A stretch of DNA of 64,000 nt from Eledone cirrhosa. Lineage: Eukaryota. Made by a program: the position numbers and the translations under genes. Location of the stretch: contig OZ024740.1 of assembly GCA_964016885.1 (NCBI GenBank), forward strand, positions 99,076,001 to 99,140,000. Reading direction: 5' to 3'. The notes beneath the pieces were generated by a model. The model made no database searches, was not told the DNA's origin, and was given only the letters and a program-made list of their open reading frames with translations. Below, piece after piece: positions 39,741 to 53,299 of the stretch. Every line of letters starts with the position of its first letter. The first letter of the stretch is position 1.

Positions 39741-41175
39741 ATCATCAAATCAATGCATACCCTTGTTTAAATTCTTGAACATATTATCCATTGTGTTATG
39801 TTTTTAATAAGGTAAGGTATGTGTCTTCTAACATATTTAATAACATATATCCTCCTCTATTTAATATTACACATAACCCCAATTTAATATCACATTCAAT
39901 GTCCTCTGCACAAACGATGATGATGATGAATCTAATTTGTTTAATGTAACATAAAATAACTTTATATCAAAACATTGTCATAAGGCAAGAGCCTCATCAG
40001 ACCAGAGCTTATCCTGGTTTTAAGAAGGTTTAAGCGATTAAAAATATAAGGCTTAGATAGGATACCTATCTGTAGCAAAAGTTAATACACAGTTGTTGTT
40101 GGTACTCATTTTTAATCAGAATAAACTAGGGGAACATGCTAAAAGAAAAAAAATGCACTGCCTTGTCCAGGGTTCAACCACACAACCCTGCAATTATGTG
40201 CCCAATACATTAACCATGAGCCTACACACCTCTTCATTGTACATGTTTTGCTTGTAATCTTTAAAAGGCAGGGCAATAATAAACTATGATTGGATTATGT
40301 GGTTTATATTGTGCAAATAATGTAAATATAGCCAGGGAATGAAATGGATGTGACTGATCTGTAATATAAAAAAGAATAAGAAGTAGCCTAAGTATTTTAT
40401 ATCATGATTTAATGATGGCAATAACTTCACATAAGAACTGATACAGGGTACAAAGAACTCTTACGACTGGCCACAGGTAACCTCTCTAGTGTTGATAGCA
40501 TGATAAAATGCATCATCATCACCATCATCATCATCATCATACAACTGCTGTAGCAGATGGCCTCAATCATCCTCCAGCAATTGCAACGTTCATAACCAGT
40601 TATAAGCAGGTTATTAGCACTTGCCATTGATAGATATCTGCACAGATGGAATGCAAACTGCCAGAACAGATATCACAAAGTATCCTGTCCAAAACTTTAA
40701 CAATACTGTCAATCCAGTGGCATGGATTTGTTACTTTATTTGTCTTCCCTAACATGATTACCTAGGCAGGATTTGAACTTGGAATGCAGAGAGCTGATAC
40801 TGCAAACTTATGCATAAACTGCATACAGTGCCTACTGTACAATAGGTTGTGATAAGAGGAGTATTGAGCTGTAGAATCTATGGAAACACAAAAAACATAC
40901 ACAACAGAATATAAGGCTGGTTATTTCTCATAATCTATGTACAGGATGATGAAAAAGGTCTGTGATGAGCAGTGTAACACTATGAGACCTGTCTAGACAA
41001 TGATAGGATGTAAAAGGAGGAGGAGGATTTAATATTTTAACTGAAAGTAATACATGTTTATTAAATGCAGTGTTTGTTGTTGTTTCCTAAATATTAGCTG
41101 CCATTTTGACATATAGTATAGTAATAATAAATAGTCTTTTACTAGTTCAAATTAGTGGGCAGTTACCATGTTGAG

Positions 41176-41279
<104 letters not shown>

Positions 41280-41786
41280 AATATAAGTATATATATAATG
41301 TAGGTGTGAACATGATAAAATACACCCAGTACAATCTGTAAAGTGCTTGGTGTTAGGAAGGATATCAAGCCAGAGAAAATTTGCCAAACAAATATTTAGG
41401 AGGATTCTTCAGTTGTGCCAAAGGTCATAACAATCTCTCTAGAGCTGGTCCCATGATAAAATGCTCTTGGAGTACTCTGTAGAATGTGAAAACATATATA
41501 AGCAAGATCCAGGACTCTGGTCCATCTGTGAAATCAGTAGCTCTAATTGAATACTGTGACACCCCTGCCAAACCTTGCTAGCAGGGAAAATTCGATGTTA
41601 AAGGATGATGATATATACATGTGATACATATATGTTTGCAAGCATATACTTGATGATGTTGTTGCTAAGGATCAGCATGTGCTATCTATAATATGCTAGC
41701 TAGATAGTGACATTCGGATAATGGTAATAGAATCAACAATATGTCATAAAATGAAGAAAACATTCACAAATGCAAACACACACTCA

Positions 41787-41977
41787 TGGATTGGCAGTAT
41801 CGGTAGAGGGTCGGACGCCATGCTTTCCAGCATAGTTACATCCCTTTGCGGTCTGAGTTCAAACCCCGCTGAGGTTAACTTTGCCTTTCATCCTTACGTG
41901 GTCGATAAAATAAAGTACCAGTAATGTACTGGGTAATTGATGGCCTTGTGCCTAAAGTAGAAACAATTATTATTATT
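41787..41977 (+). mobile_element. Full-length tRNA-derived SINE (Meta-core-like)
   Basis: A box TGGCAGTATCGG, B box GAGTTCAAACC, core AACTTTGCCTTTCATCCTTACGTGGTCGATAAAATAAAGTACCAG, and an (ATT)n tail. Confidence 0.9.
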
Positions 41978-43316
41978 ACAAGAAGAAGAAGAAGAAGAAG
42001 AAGAAGAAGAAGAAGAAGAAGAAAAAGGGAGGAGGTGGAGAAGGAGGAGGAGAAAGGGTGGACGGAGCATACATGATTTGACTGTCCCATTGCACTTTTT
42101 GCCAATCCATCACTTTGATTTGGTCATTTATTTATTGATCCTGGTAAAATGAATGTCAACATTGATCTCAGAGGGATTTGAACACAGAGTGCAGAGAACC
42201 AGCACACATACTGCAAAGCATTTACCACCAATTCACAAGTAGAAGAAATCGCAATAAATTCATCATCACCTAATTTGTCAATAATTACTAAAGTAAGGAA
42301 CCACTTGTTATGTTCTGGTTTAGAATTTCAGTCTAAGGGAAGCGAAATCTTGATTTAAATCTTAATATTCATTGATTAATTAAATAATGCTATTGGGATT
42401 TTAGCTGGATACCTGCTACAAAATCAATTGGCTCTTATCTTCATTGTCATTCATGAATGCACAATACAGGATTAAAATTGGTACCCAGAAATGTATGCCA
42501 TGAAAGTACGATCCTCTTATTGAGTTAAAATTTGTTTCTTTGCCTTCTTTATAACTTTTCTTTGTTGTTTTCTTCATTTTTAGATATTTTAATTGCTTTA
42601 TATTGTTTCAATTATTCATTTGTTTTCTTATTTATTTGCTACTTTTCCTACTTTTTAGAATTTTATTTTCAGGAAGCATTAAGCTATCATTACAATATCG
42701 GATACAAACAATGTAATCCTCATTTGCAATCAGAATACAATTTATTATAATCGTTTTTTATATTCTTTTATCAAAATTTTATTCCGTATATTTTAATCAC
42801 TTATCAGTTTATTTATTTATTCATTTATTTCTTATTATTCATTTTATTTTATTTATTATTTATTTATTTTATATATTTCTTATTTATTTATTTATTTATT
42901 CACATTTAAATATTTGTCTGTCTGCATACTATTTAAATAATTTAATTTGGTATGGAATCCTGAAATGCCAAGTTAAGATCCATGATGCCAGTGAAAAAGC
43001 AGATCATTATATCATTATATCTAGATTTGCACAGTAAAAAAAAAAATTGAAAATACCACAGAGATCTAGTTTAATATAACAATAAATCTTTGATTTAGTT
43101 TAAAACATAAAAAGAGGGGAAAAAAAAAACAATATCAGTGGCAGCAGATTCCTGTTGAGAAACTTAAATCTGACATTATTCCCGAATATTTAAATTTTAT
43201 TGAGCGATAAGCTTGATTTTTATATTTGCTTTTTTGTTTTTTCGCTTTTTTTTTTATTGAAATGTGAGTAAGCTCTATAGTAATATCCATCCAATATTTT
43301 TTTATTTTCTTAATAA

Positions 43317-43440
43317 AGGCAGTGGATTGGCAGAATAATTAGAGTTGGAGAAATGCTTTGTGGTTTCTGTTTCAGCTCCTTATATTTGGAGTTCAAATTC
43401 CATTAAGGTCAACTTTGCCTTCATCCTTCTGGCGGTTGAT
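43317..43440 (+). mobile_element. tRNA-derived SINE, 5' part, diverged
   Basis: GTGGATTGGCAGAAT...GAGTTCAAATTCC...CAACTTTGCCTTCATCC. Confidence 0.7.
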
Positions 43441-44324
43441 CAAGAGGTTTTCACAGAAAATTTCATTTATCGAATTTCACCTAACCTGGAGATGAGAATG
43501 ATATGAGAATGATTTAGTGAACTAAATACTTAAAGTCTCTGGGAAAATTTTCTGAAAGCTACAATATAAGACCGGTCAAGAAAAGATATGCCTTTAGGTT
43601 TGTCACAGAATTAATAATTACAAATGTTCTATTTCTTGTGATATAAGAAGAAGTCCTTACATATGAACAAACCCCTCCACCTTGCAATTATTGACAAAGA
43701 AGGATGTTGGCAAGCACAAAGAAGTGTATGAATGACGGACAAAATTTATGTTCGTAATATCCAAAAGGAGTTAATAAGTCTAATATTCTTAATAAGTTTA
43801 GTGCACATTTTAGTATGGTGGTAATCATCAGGGCTCTTTTATAGTTCTTGTGTCTATAATATATGTGTTAAGCATTTATAAAACGATGTCTTTGAAATGT
43901 TCAGATAACTGAAGCTTATTTACAGTTTCTTCTACATAGGTGATTTAATATCAAAGTTAAAAAATAAAGGGAAAATGTTTGTTTCGTGTGAAAGGTATGC
44001 ATATGAAGTGTAATGATACATAGCCACAAAACATTGGCTTTGAAAACAGTTTATGTAGGGGAGCTGAAATGAAATAGCAGGACCATTATTTATGGCATAA
44101 AATAATTTTCATATACATGAAAGGAAGAATGTAGGTGAGTTAAGAAAGAAGCTGAGCCTTAACAGCATCACCTCAAGTGAGAAAGAGCAATGTCTTTACT
44201 TATATCAACATTATCTTCATAAAGGGAAAATGCACTATAAACTGTCTGTGGCAATACTATATGGTGGTTAAACTTGTATGATGAGTTACGTGGTGTCTCT
44301 CATAAGATCAGGAAAATCCACTCA

Positions 44325-44460
44325 ACACGGTTCTGCACAGTCTCCCCGCTTCCTAATTCCACTAATAAAGCTTGGGTTAAGCTGATGCTATGATAGAGAT
44401 TACTAGCCTAAGGTTGTGAAATCAAACCAGAGGAGTGAAGCAAATTTCTTAACCACACAG
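44325..44460 (-). mobile_element. Decayed SINE of a second family (related fragment ~27980-28040 plus)
   Basis: CTGTGTGGTTAAGAAATTTGCTTC head and a CCAAAGCCTTGTGA-TGGA-TTTGGTAGA-type body, resembling octopus SINEs as recalled. Confidence 0.45.
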
Positions 44461-46554
44461 ATATACTTAAATTTTAAATTGACAGGTATATCTTCAAATC
44501 AATCAGAAATTCAGATTCCTAAATTTCGTTTTAATAATAAATATTAAATTATTTATCTTAAGTTTCTTAAATATACATACATGATCTCAATACTTCACCA
44601 ACAAAACTTGCTTTAATTCAAAAATTTGCAGGTGTTCACATTTGATTTAGATTGAAAGCTCACACACCTGCACATATACACACAAATGCTAGCATTAAAA
44701 TGTATGTGTGTGTTCATTAAAAAAATATTGTAGTTCAGATTACAAGGTTTATTCAGTGCCAATGTTCAGCAACAGCAAATAAATTGTTTTATTGATTGAT
44801 TACCAGTTGAGGATTTTGATAAAATTTGATTTGGCCATCCCTCCTGTGTACCTATGGGTGCACCATACAACATAATCTGAACACTTCAACTCTACTCACC
44901 CATACACATAAAGTCATAAACTACATCCCCACAACAACAACAGTAATGTACACACCAAAATGAAATAATTGGCAAGTGAGGGGGAGGGAGAGGGAGAGGG
45001 AAAGGGTGTAGAAGGAGAACAGGAAGAGATGATAACTATTACTACCATCAACTTGCCCCAACAACAAATTCTCCTGAACTTGACTCTTGACACTAGCAGT
45101 TTTGTTCTTTCCTAATGTTAGCCATCATACTCCATCGACCATCACAAAATGAATACACAACCACACAGGTACACACAGACAGAGATTTTAACACACACAT
45201 GGGAGAAATAATACATAAATATAAGCATGAGGAGTGCACCTCTGCACATGGACACAGGCATTGCAACAGATCATATGTAAGTATGAGACTATCAGGCAAA
45301 GCCCCCCCCCCCCCCACAATAGTTCAATCTGTAACTTTTCCTGCTCTTCCCCCAAACACACCCTTTTCTTCACATACCCCACATCATATGAAACAGTGCT
45401 TGGACTCAGCTGAAAACCAAAACTAACTCCGTTAGTCACTTGCCATTGAAATGGCATGAGCTCAGCCATTAAGCACTAACTTTTAACTATATATATGTAT
45501 ATACCATATATGCCAGCATACAAGTTGACATTGGGGGCCGAAAATTATCTCTCCAAAACCAGGAGTCAACTTGTCCACCAAATATAAAATGTGAACCTTT
45601 ACTACTGAGGGCTAAACAGTGAAACTGCCAGGCTAACACTCATTGTACACCACTTACCATAACTCTAGCAGCCCACCACAATTATTTCCTACGGAATCAT
45701 ACATTTGCTAAGAGATTACAGAGATTATAATAATATCAATGACTTGCCATAGCTCATAGTGTAGGTTACCATAGGTTTGTTAAGGTTAGGCTAGGTTTGG
45801 TTAATCAGTGAGTTAGAACACACTTGCAGCTGAAGAGTTTTAGAAGTGTCTTAGAATTGTCTAAAGTATCGGAAAAACTAGTAATTTCACTACGACACAC
45901 AACTGGCCAAAAAAAAAATGTATCATCATGTAAATCTGCCGTTCACATCCGTTGATGCGCCTTAACATTCGCTGTTAAAATTACCCCCGTATGGATTACC
46001 AGTGATACTATTGAAAAAATGAGAAGAACAATTCTTTTGAAAAGAAGTTTTATAATGTATATAAAGTATATAAAATATAACCCGTTTCGAAGTGTTAGTA
46101 ATATGCATCTTATCAAATGTTTAGTATTACAATTAAAAGGAATTAATAAGAATTTAAAACTAAAAATTAAAGATTTAAAATTAAGTGTTGAGGCAAGTTT
46201 TTTCATTTTTCTTGTAGGGAAGGTGACTGGAAAAATGAACTCTTGTGTATAGAGAGAGAGGTGGGGTCTTAGTAGTAGCAGCAGCAGTGGTGGTAGTTGT
46301 GTTTTTTCTTGCAGAACAAAATTGTTTTTAGGGAGAAGAGATATTCTGTAAATATGTGTGTATATCACAATTGTGTTAATGGACTGGTCAAGAGTTCAGA
46401 TGTGGGTGGCAAAGATGGAAATTGTAAGCTAGAGACAAATTCTATGGGATTGGCATAAGTAGAATTATAAAATTTTATTTTTGGAATATGGTTTTAGAGA
46501 GTGTGAATGTGTACGTGTGAAAGTGTATATATAAATATGTATATATATATATAT

Positions 46555-46940
46555 CTGTGTGCAGAGGATATAGCCTGACTGGAGAGGAACGAAGCTTGCA
46601 TGCTCTGCTGGATGTGTAATAGTAATATACGTGAACGGCAAAGCATAAACGAACTAAGGGAGAAATTAGGAATAAGAGGGATCAGATATTGTTTACTCGA
46701 GAGAAGACTATGTTGGTATGGTCACATGATGCGCATGAAAGACGACAGTTGTATAAAAAAGTGCCGGGTGATAAAAATAGACGGTAGCGATGGAGTAGGC
46801 AGACCCAGAAAAACCTGGGATGACTTGATAAATTCCGACCTCACACACTTACACCTTTCCAAGACAATGTCACTGGACCGAGATCTTTGGCGCTACACAG
46901 TAATACAGAAGACCCGCCTTGCCTAAGTACAAAGCGAAAC
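46555..46940 (+). mobile_element. 3' fragment of a related RTE LINE
   Basis: LERNEACMLCWMC...ELREKLGIRGI...ERRLCWYGHMMRM...GRPRKTW is homologous to the C-terminus of the 56149-59217 ORF. Confidence 0.9.
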
Positions 46941-47019
46941 CTACAGTCAGTAGGCACCTCTCTCAAAAATACACCCCTGTCCCACTACCCCCACCCCGTC
47001 CAAACCACCCCTTTCAATG

Positions 47020-47310
47020 TAAAGTTATGTTGGTACCACAACATCTAGTCTAAAACAAATGTGGTCGTGTAGGTGTCACTACAAAAAAACACACAGTCCA
47101 TGCTGTAATGTGGCCGTGTAGGTAACACAGTAAAAATCTCCCAGTCCACACTGTAAATGTGGTTGGTGTTAGGTAGGGCATCCAGCCATAGAAAACCCAC
47201 CAGACAATCCTATACGAGCAAGACAACCAATCTTACCTCAAGTGGGAAAATTCCCGTCCAAACCCATGCAAGCGTGGAAGATGGACGTTAAACGATGATG
47301 ATGATGATGA
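47020..47310 (+). mobile_element. RTE-derived bipartite non-autonomous element
   Basis: CCCAGTCCACACTGTAAATGTGGTTGGTGTTAGGTAGGGCATCCAGCCATAGAAAAC...AACCCATGCAAGCGTGGAAGATGGACGTTAAACG(ATG)n. Further decayed copies at about 27585-27840, 41325-41612 and 60935-61158. Confidence 0.75.
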
Positions 47311-47320
47311 TATATATATA

Positions 47321-47375
<55 letters not shown>

Positions 47376-47385
47376 TCTCATTCTT

Positions 47386-47426
47386 TCTTCTGATGAGGGA
47401 GTAGCGTCCGAAACGTACGGTAAGAC
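47386..47426 (+). ncRNA. Minimal type I hammerhead ribozyme motif
   Basis: tctt-CTGATGA-ggg agtagcg tcc-GAAAC-gtacg-GTA-aga. The core is intact but stem I is weak. It lies in a ~140-bp insert between (TA)n tracts. Confidence 0.6.
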
Positions 47427-48148
47427 CCTCTTCCTACTATATCAACTGTTAACCTAATATATACCTTCCATATACTGTACCGATTGTGCTGTTATTTCTG
47501 TTTACCTTTTATATACATATATATATATATATATAGGCATTAAACTGGATGCAGTTTAAATATATCACCCATATAGGACACTGAGATTTAAAAAAACTCA
47601 TAATGAAAGAAAAGCAGGAACAAATACTACAATGCATCACATCCCTCTTTCTAACAGTTCCACCAATTCACATCCCTATACTAGTACTACATTTTATCTA
47701 TTCAAAAAATAAAAATAATTGACAGAGATATCAGTTTCATTGAACTAGCGTAATCATGTAGTAGTGTTTCAAAAATCCTGGATAGTTATAGGACTAATTT
47801 CAAATCAAATGTTAAGACACTATTTTGCCTTGTTTAAGGATATGGTGTTGTTGAGTTTTTACAGGAATTGTAATCAAGGAACTTCAATATTATATTATGA
47901 GTTAATACTTTTTACAGTTCATTAGTGAAGCATGATAAAATGCATTTAAATTTCCTGATTTAAACTGTAATATTTCAACTGAAAATATAGAAAAACTAAA
48001 CAAAATACTGCATGCGTTTACAGTTTTTCAAGAGTTCATTTTTTTTTTTTTTTGCTTCTTTTTTGTTTTAATTCAGAGTGTTATGATAACAGGAATTCAC
48101 TTAAATTGTGGATTTCCACGTATTTGAATAATGTGCTAGTTGATGAGA

Positions 48149-48210
<62 letters not shown>

Positions 48211-48212
<2 letters not shown>

Positions 48213-48855
48213 GCTCCAACCGAATACCTAAACAGGCATGACAGAGCTGCACAATACATACATTGGATAATGTGTAAGCATTTTGACCTGCCCCATCAAA
48301 AGAATTGGTGGGAGCATCAACCACCTCCCATACTTGAAAAAGATCACATCTCAATCTTGTGGAACTTTAGCATCCAAACAGACCGAAAAATAGATGCAAA
48401 TAAACCTGATATAATATTGAAGGACTTTCAAAGGAGGGTATGCCTGCTAATTGATATGTCTGTTCCAATAGACAAGAATGTATCTATAAAAACATTTGAA
48501 AAATTGAGCAAGTATAAGGACCTGGAGATAGAAATTGGAAAAATGTGGAAATTGAGAACTAAAACAATACCAGTGGTTGTAGGCGCTCTGGGAATGATAC
48601 CTAAGGGGTCTAACGACTACTTATCGCAAATCCCAGGAAACCCGCGTATAGGAGAAATACAAAAGATAGTACTAATGGGAACTGCCCATATACTAAGGAA
48701 GATTCTGTCAATATAAGTACATCACAAGTCTAAACACTAAGGATGCATGTGTGAATATGTGTGTTCTTTCTTGAACATGGCGGACCTTGTTGTCTCTTGA
48801 GGTCACTGGTTGTGACTTGGTGATAACTCGTATAAACATAAAGCAAGATAAATGC
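48211..48855 (+). mobile_element. 5'-truncated R4/Dong-type LINE, second subfamily (endonuclease domain + 3' UTR)
   Basis: RHD, ILWNFSIQTDRKIDANKPD, IDMSVP, KLSKYKDL, IPVVVGALG and TAHILRKIL. Flanked on both sides by (TAA)n. Confidence 0.92.
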
Positions 48856-48880
48856 AAATAATAATAATAATAATAATAAT

Positions 48881-49057
48881 AATTGTTTCTACTTTAGGCA
48901 AAAGGCCAACAATTATCCAGTGCATTACTGGTACTTTATTTTATCGACCACGTAAGGATGAAAGGCAAAGTCAACCTCGGCGGGATTTGAACTCAGATCG
49001 TAACTATTATGCTGGAAAGCATGGCGTCCGAGCCTCTACCGATACTGCCAATCCACC
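48881..49057 (-). mobile_element. Full-length tRNA-derived SINE
   Basis: Reverse complement of the 41787-41977 family, with TAA repeats on both sides. Confidence 0.92.
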
Positions 49058-49069
49058 AATAATAATAAC

Positions 49070-51796
49070 AAACAAGAAAGATCAGAACCTTGGTGGAAGA
49101 AACGACTGAATGGTCAAATCAGGGAAATGAGAAATGACATCGGAAAGCTTGAGTCCTTACTGAATGGGACACTAAAAAACATAGACACTAAAAATAGACT
49201 GGAAATAAAGTACAAAACTAGGAGAAAAAGCTAAATATTATCATAGAGGAACTGAAGCAACGCATTGTAGCAAAGAGTGCAAAAATTAGGTGATACGAGA
49301 GCAGAGTCAGTCAGTATAGACAGAACCGCATGTTTGACAACAACCAAAAGATGCTGTTAGGACAGCTTGAAGGGAAAGAAAGAAGCAACGACTTGATCCC
49401 TGAGGCGGAACAAACGAAGACATTCTGGAGAGGAATATGGGAGCAGGATGTTAAACATAATGACCAGTTAGTGTGGATTGAGACAGTACAAAAGGAGATT
49501 AGTGAACAGGCACACCAACAAACTGATTTGAGTATCACAGTTGAAACTCTTAAGGGGCAGGCCAAAAAAACTAACCAACTGGAAATCACCAGGCCCAGAT
49601 GGTGTGCAGGGGTATTGGATTAAAAATATAACATCCCTCCACCCGAAACTGACAACCATGTTCAATGACTGCTTGATGTCAGGTGAGGTACCAGAGTGGT
49701 TGACAAAAGGTACCACAGTTCTGGTAATGAAAGACCGAATCAAGGGTAATAATGTTACCATCTATAGACCTATCACATGTCTGTCCGTAATGTGGAAACT
49801 GTTGACAAGCATTATGTCTGAGGAAATCTACCATCACCTCCACACAAACAACTTGTTACCGGATGAACAGAAAGGATGCCAAAAGAAGTCCCGTGGTACA
49901 AAGGATCAGTTACTTATTGATAAGATGGTAATGAGGAATTGCAAGAGGAGACACACTGGTCTTGCCATGGGATGGATAGACTACAAAACGGCATTTGACA
50001 TGGTGCCTCATTCTTGGATCACCAAAAGCCTAGAGATCTTCAAGGTGGCAGATAACATCAGACAGTTGTTGGGCAAAAGTATGAAGTCCTGGAAAACAGA
50101 GTTAACATCAGCTGGAGAATCCTTGGGAGACGTGAAGATCAAGAGAGGTATCTTCCAGGGAGATAGTCTATCCCCTCTGTTGTTTGTCCTTGCCCTGATG
50201 CCCCTGACCATTATACTGCGAAAAGTGAGAGCAGGATACAAGTTGGGAAAGGGAGAGCTTACCATCAATCACCTCCTCTTCATGGACGATCTTAAGCTCT
50301 TTGGGAAGAGTGACAAGGAGTTGGATGTGCTTGTTGACACTGTCCGTATTTTCAGCAATGATATATGTTTGCAATTTGGTATTAGTAAGTGTGGAGTCCT
50401 TGTGATGAAGAGTGGTAAATTGAGCAGAAGCAACGGAATCCAGGTACCAACAGGTGAGATGATAAAGGAAATTGACACTGAAGAAGGATATAAGTATTTG
50501 GGTGTTCTGGAGGCTGATGACATCAAGAACAAAAAAATGAAGGAATTGATAAGATCTGAATACATTCGGAGAGTAAGGAGCATATTAAAGTCACATCTGA
50601 ACAGTAGGAATGCCATAAGTGCAGTAAATACCCGAGCTGTGTCTATTATTAAGTACAGTGCGGGAATTCTGAGATGGAATGTTGCTGAACAAAAAGAAAT
50701 GGATAGGAAGACTAGGAAGCTATTGACTATCTACAACATGTTCCACAAGAGGGGTGATGTCGATAGACTCTACTTAAGGAGATCTGAAGGTGGAAGAGGT
50801 CTTATCAGCATAGAGGACTGTGTTCAGATGGAGAAAAACAACCTACACATATACGTGACTGATAGTAGGGAGCCAATGCTCAGAATTGTACTGAAGGAGA
50901 GGACAATAGACCAGGGGATGTCCAAGGAGGAAATAACAACAAGGAGATAGAGAAGCCCTCATGAAAAATCCCTTCATAGTACCTTCTTTGAGAAAACTGA
51001 ACTCAGAGATCTACAGACATGGAACTGGTTGAAAAGAGGAGACCTCTAAAAAGGCTACAGAAGGAATGTTAATGGCTGCGCAAGAGCAAGCCCTCAAAAC
51101 GAAGTGGTTGCAACACCATATTTATAAGGAGGAGGCTAGCCCTCTGTGCTGGATCTGTGGAGAGAGAGAGGTGACTGTGGCTCACATTGTATCCGAGTGT
51201 AAACACCTAGCCCAGACTCACTATAAGGGCTGGAGACATGATGTGATGGGCAGGGTGATCCACTGGCACCTATGCAAAGTAAACAATTTACCACATTCTG
51301 AGAAGTGGTATGAGCATAAGCCAGAGTCGGTGATAGAAAACGATCAGGTGAAGGTTCTGTGGGATTTTAGGATACAGATGGACAAGAAACTGGAACACAA
51401 TAGACCTGACCTGGTGGTTTTGGACAAGGAAAAAAGATTGTGCCTGATTGTGGATGTGGCCTGCCCATTCGACACGAGAGAGCAAGAGAAGGAGAGGGAG
51501 AAAATTAACCGATACCAGGACTTAAAGTGGGAGGTAAAAAGGATTTGGAACTGCCATGAAGTCAAAGTGGTCCCGATTGTCATAGGCGCACTAGGTACTA
51601 TATCAAAATGTTTCCAGGGATGGTTAAAGAAAATTGGCCCCGCCACGCTTTTGGGAACGCTTCAAAAGGCATGCTTGCTGGGAACAGCAAGAACCCTCCG
51701 ATACGTCCTGAATATCTGAGGCTGCAGGTAGTGGCTTGACATTCATTTCAACAAACTTTCCAGTTAACTAACTTCAATGACTGAGACTCAAAGTAC
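49070..51796 (+). mobile_element. 5'-truncated R4/Dong-clade LINE, same family as 8335-12010
   Basis: ORFs 49541-50950 (RT, LFMDD) and 51066-51719 (CCHC, RHD, RPD) closely match the minus-strand copy. Preceded and followed by (AAT)n. Confidence 0.95.
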
Positions 51797-51827
<31 letters not shown>

Positions 51828-51842
51828 CTTTCTTTCTTTCTT

Positions 51843-51905
<63 letters not shown>

Positions 51906-52643
51906 AGGAAGAATAAGAAGAAACTGACGATTGATGTTTTGATCCCCTTCCTCTGCCATCTTTGTGTCACCATTATCGGAAGAGGTTTGGAGATAATAGT
52001 CAAACAATTTTACCTGTAAATGACATGACACAAAGGATAGAATAATGACTTCAAAAGTTGATTGTTTTATTAAAAGTATTGGCTTAACCTAATCAACTTG
52101 CTGTTTTAATTATTTTTCGAACTAAACATCATGTGACAATTTCTTATTAGTTTATTTTTTCTTTTTATTCCCACCCCTTCCTTAATTCCATAGTAAAGAT
52201 TTTTTTGGCACTATATAATTCTCTTTAATCTTAAGGCTTATTTGTTCAAATTAAACTTGCTATTTTGGAGAAAAAAAATAGTATAAAAAATAAAAAAGCA
52301 TAATTACTTTTCATAAATTGAATCTTGCTTTTAAAAAGCTTTTTTTTTCTTTTTCCAATCTTTTTTACTTTGTTTCTGTTCTCTTTTAATCATTAAATGA
52401 AACACCTTTAATCAGATTTTATTTGTGTTTGCATATTTTGTTGTTTTATTTACTGATTTTGCTTAGTTTATATGTATATTTTCTAAGATTTAGTGTTTTA
52501 CTATAAAATTATAATTTGTTTTGATTTTGTTGTTGTTCTGTATATATGTTTTTTATGTTATCTTCCTTTATTTTATATAATGCTATCAACATGTATTTGG
52601 AATATATTTTCATTTACGCAAAACACTTTTTATTTCAACATAG

Positions 52644-52721
52644 ATTTCTAGGCTAATTCTGATTATAAACCTACTTTCAATGTATTCATATTAGGTTTAC
52701 AATCAGAATTAGTTTAGAAAT
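52644..52721. repeat. Imperfect hairpin, ~30-bp arms
   Basis: ATTTCTAGGCTAATTCTGATTATAAACCTA / TAGGTTTACAATCAGAATTAGTTTAGAAAT. Confidence 0.8.
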
Positions 52722-53299
52722 TTGTAGTAAAAATAAATATCTTCATATTGCCACGTGTATTCTGGTTTTAAAAATAGGAATACTGTATCCCTGCATATTA
52801 TGACAGATGTCTAAAAATGGTTAGAATCCAGAATAGCATCCAGCTGAATGCTTCTGTATGTGTGTGTGATTATTTCACCTCTGTGTTTTCTTAATAACGA
52901 GGCCACAGGGTCACTCTCAAGACTTCATCATAGGTCATAGAAAGAACACTTCTCCTGACAGTCATGAACTGCATGATGGATGTGAAGTAATAGAGAGTTA
53001 AATGCACTATGGAACCAACTATTTGAAAGGATTTGTGTGCATAAGAGAGAGAAAGTGAGAGAGAGAGCACAAATTCCACATCATCTAATGTAAAGGGTTT
53101 GGGACAGTGGAGGTGAGATTTTCCATTGTGAAAAATGTGAAATCTCAGCCCCTCACAACTTTTAGGAGCAGGGAAGTGATCCTTGTACCTTTGTAATGCA
53201 GCCAAATATAGGCCAAAGTCAGGGTAATACATGTGCCAACCAAACTAGCATTTCCATTGATAATAGCAGCTATCACTGCAAACGCTAACAATCAAGCGA

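Noticed and set aside
41787-41870. tRNA gene
   Set aside because: A and B boxes are present but they belong to a multi-copy SINE head with no proper cloverleaf.
45760-45815. Telomere-like GGTTAGG motifs
   Set aside because: Only a few degenerate units are present, with no true array.
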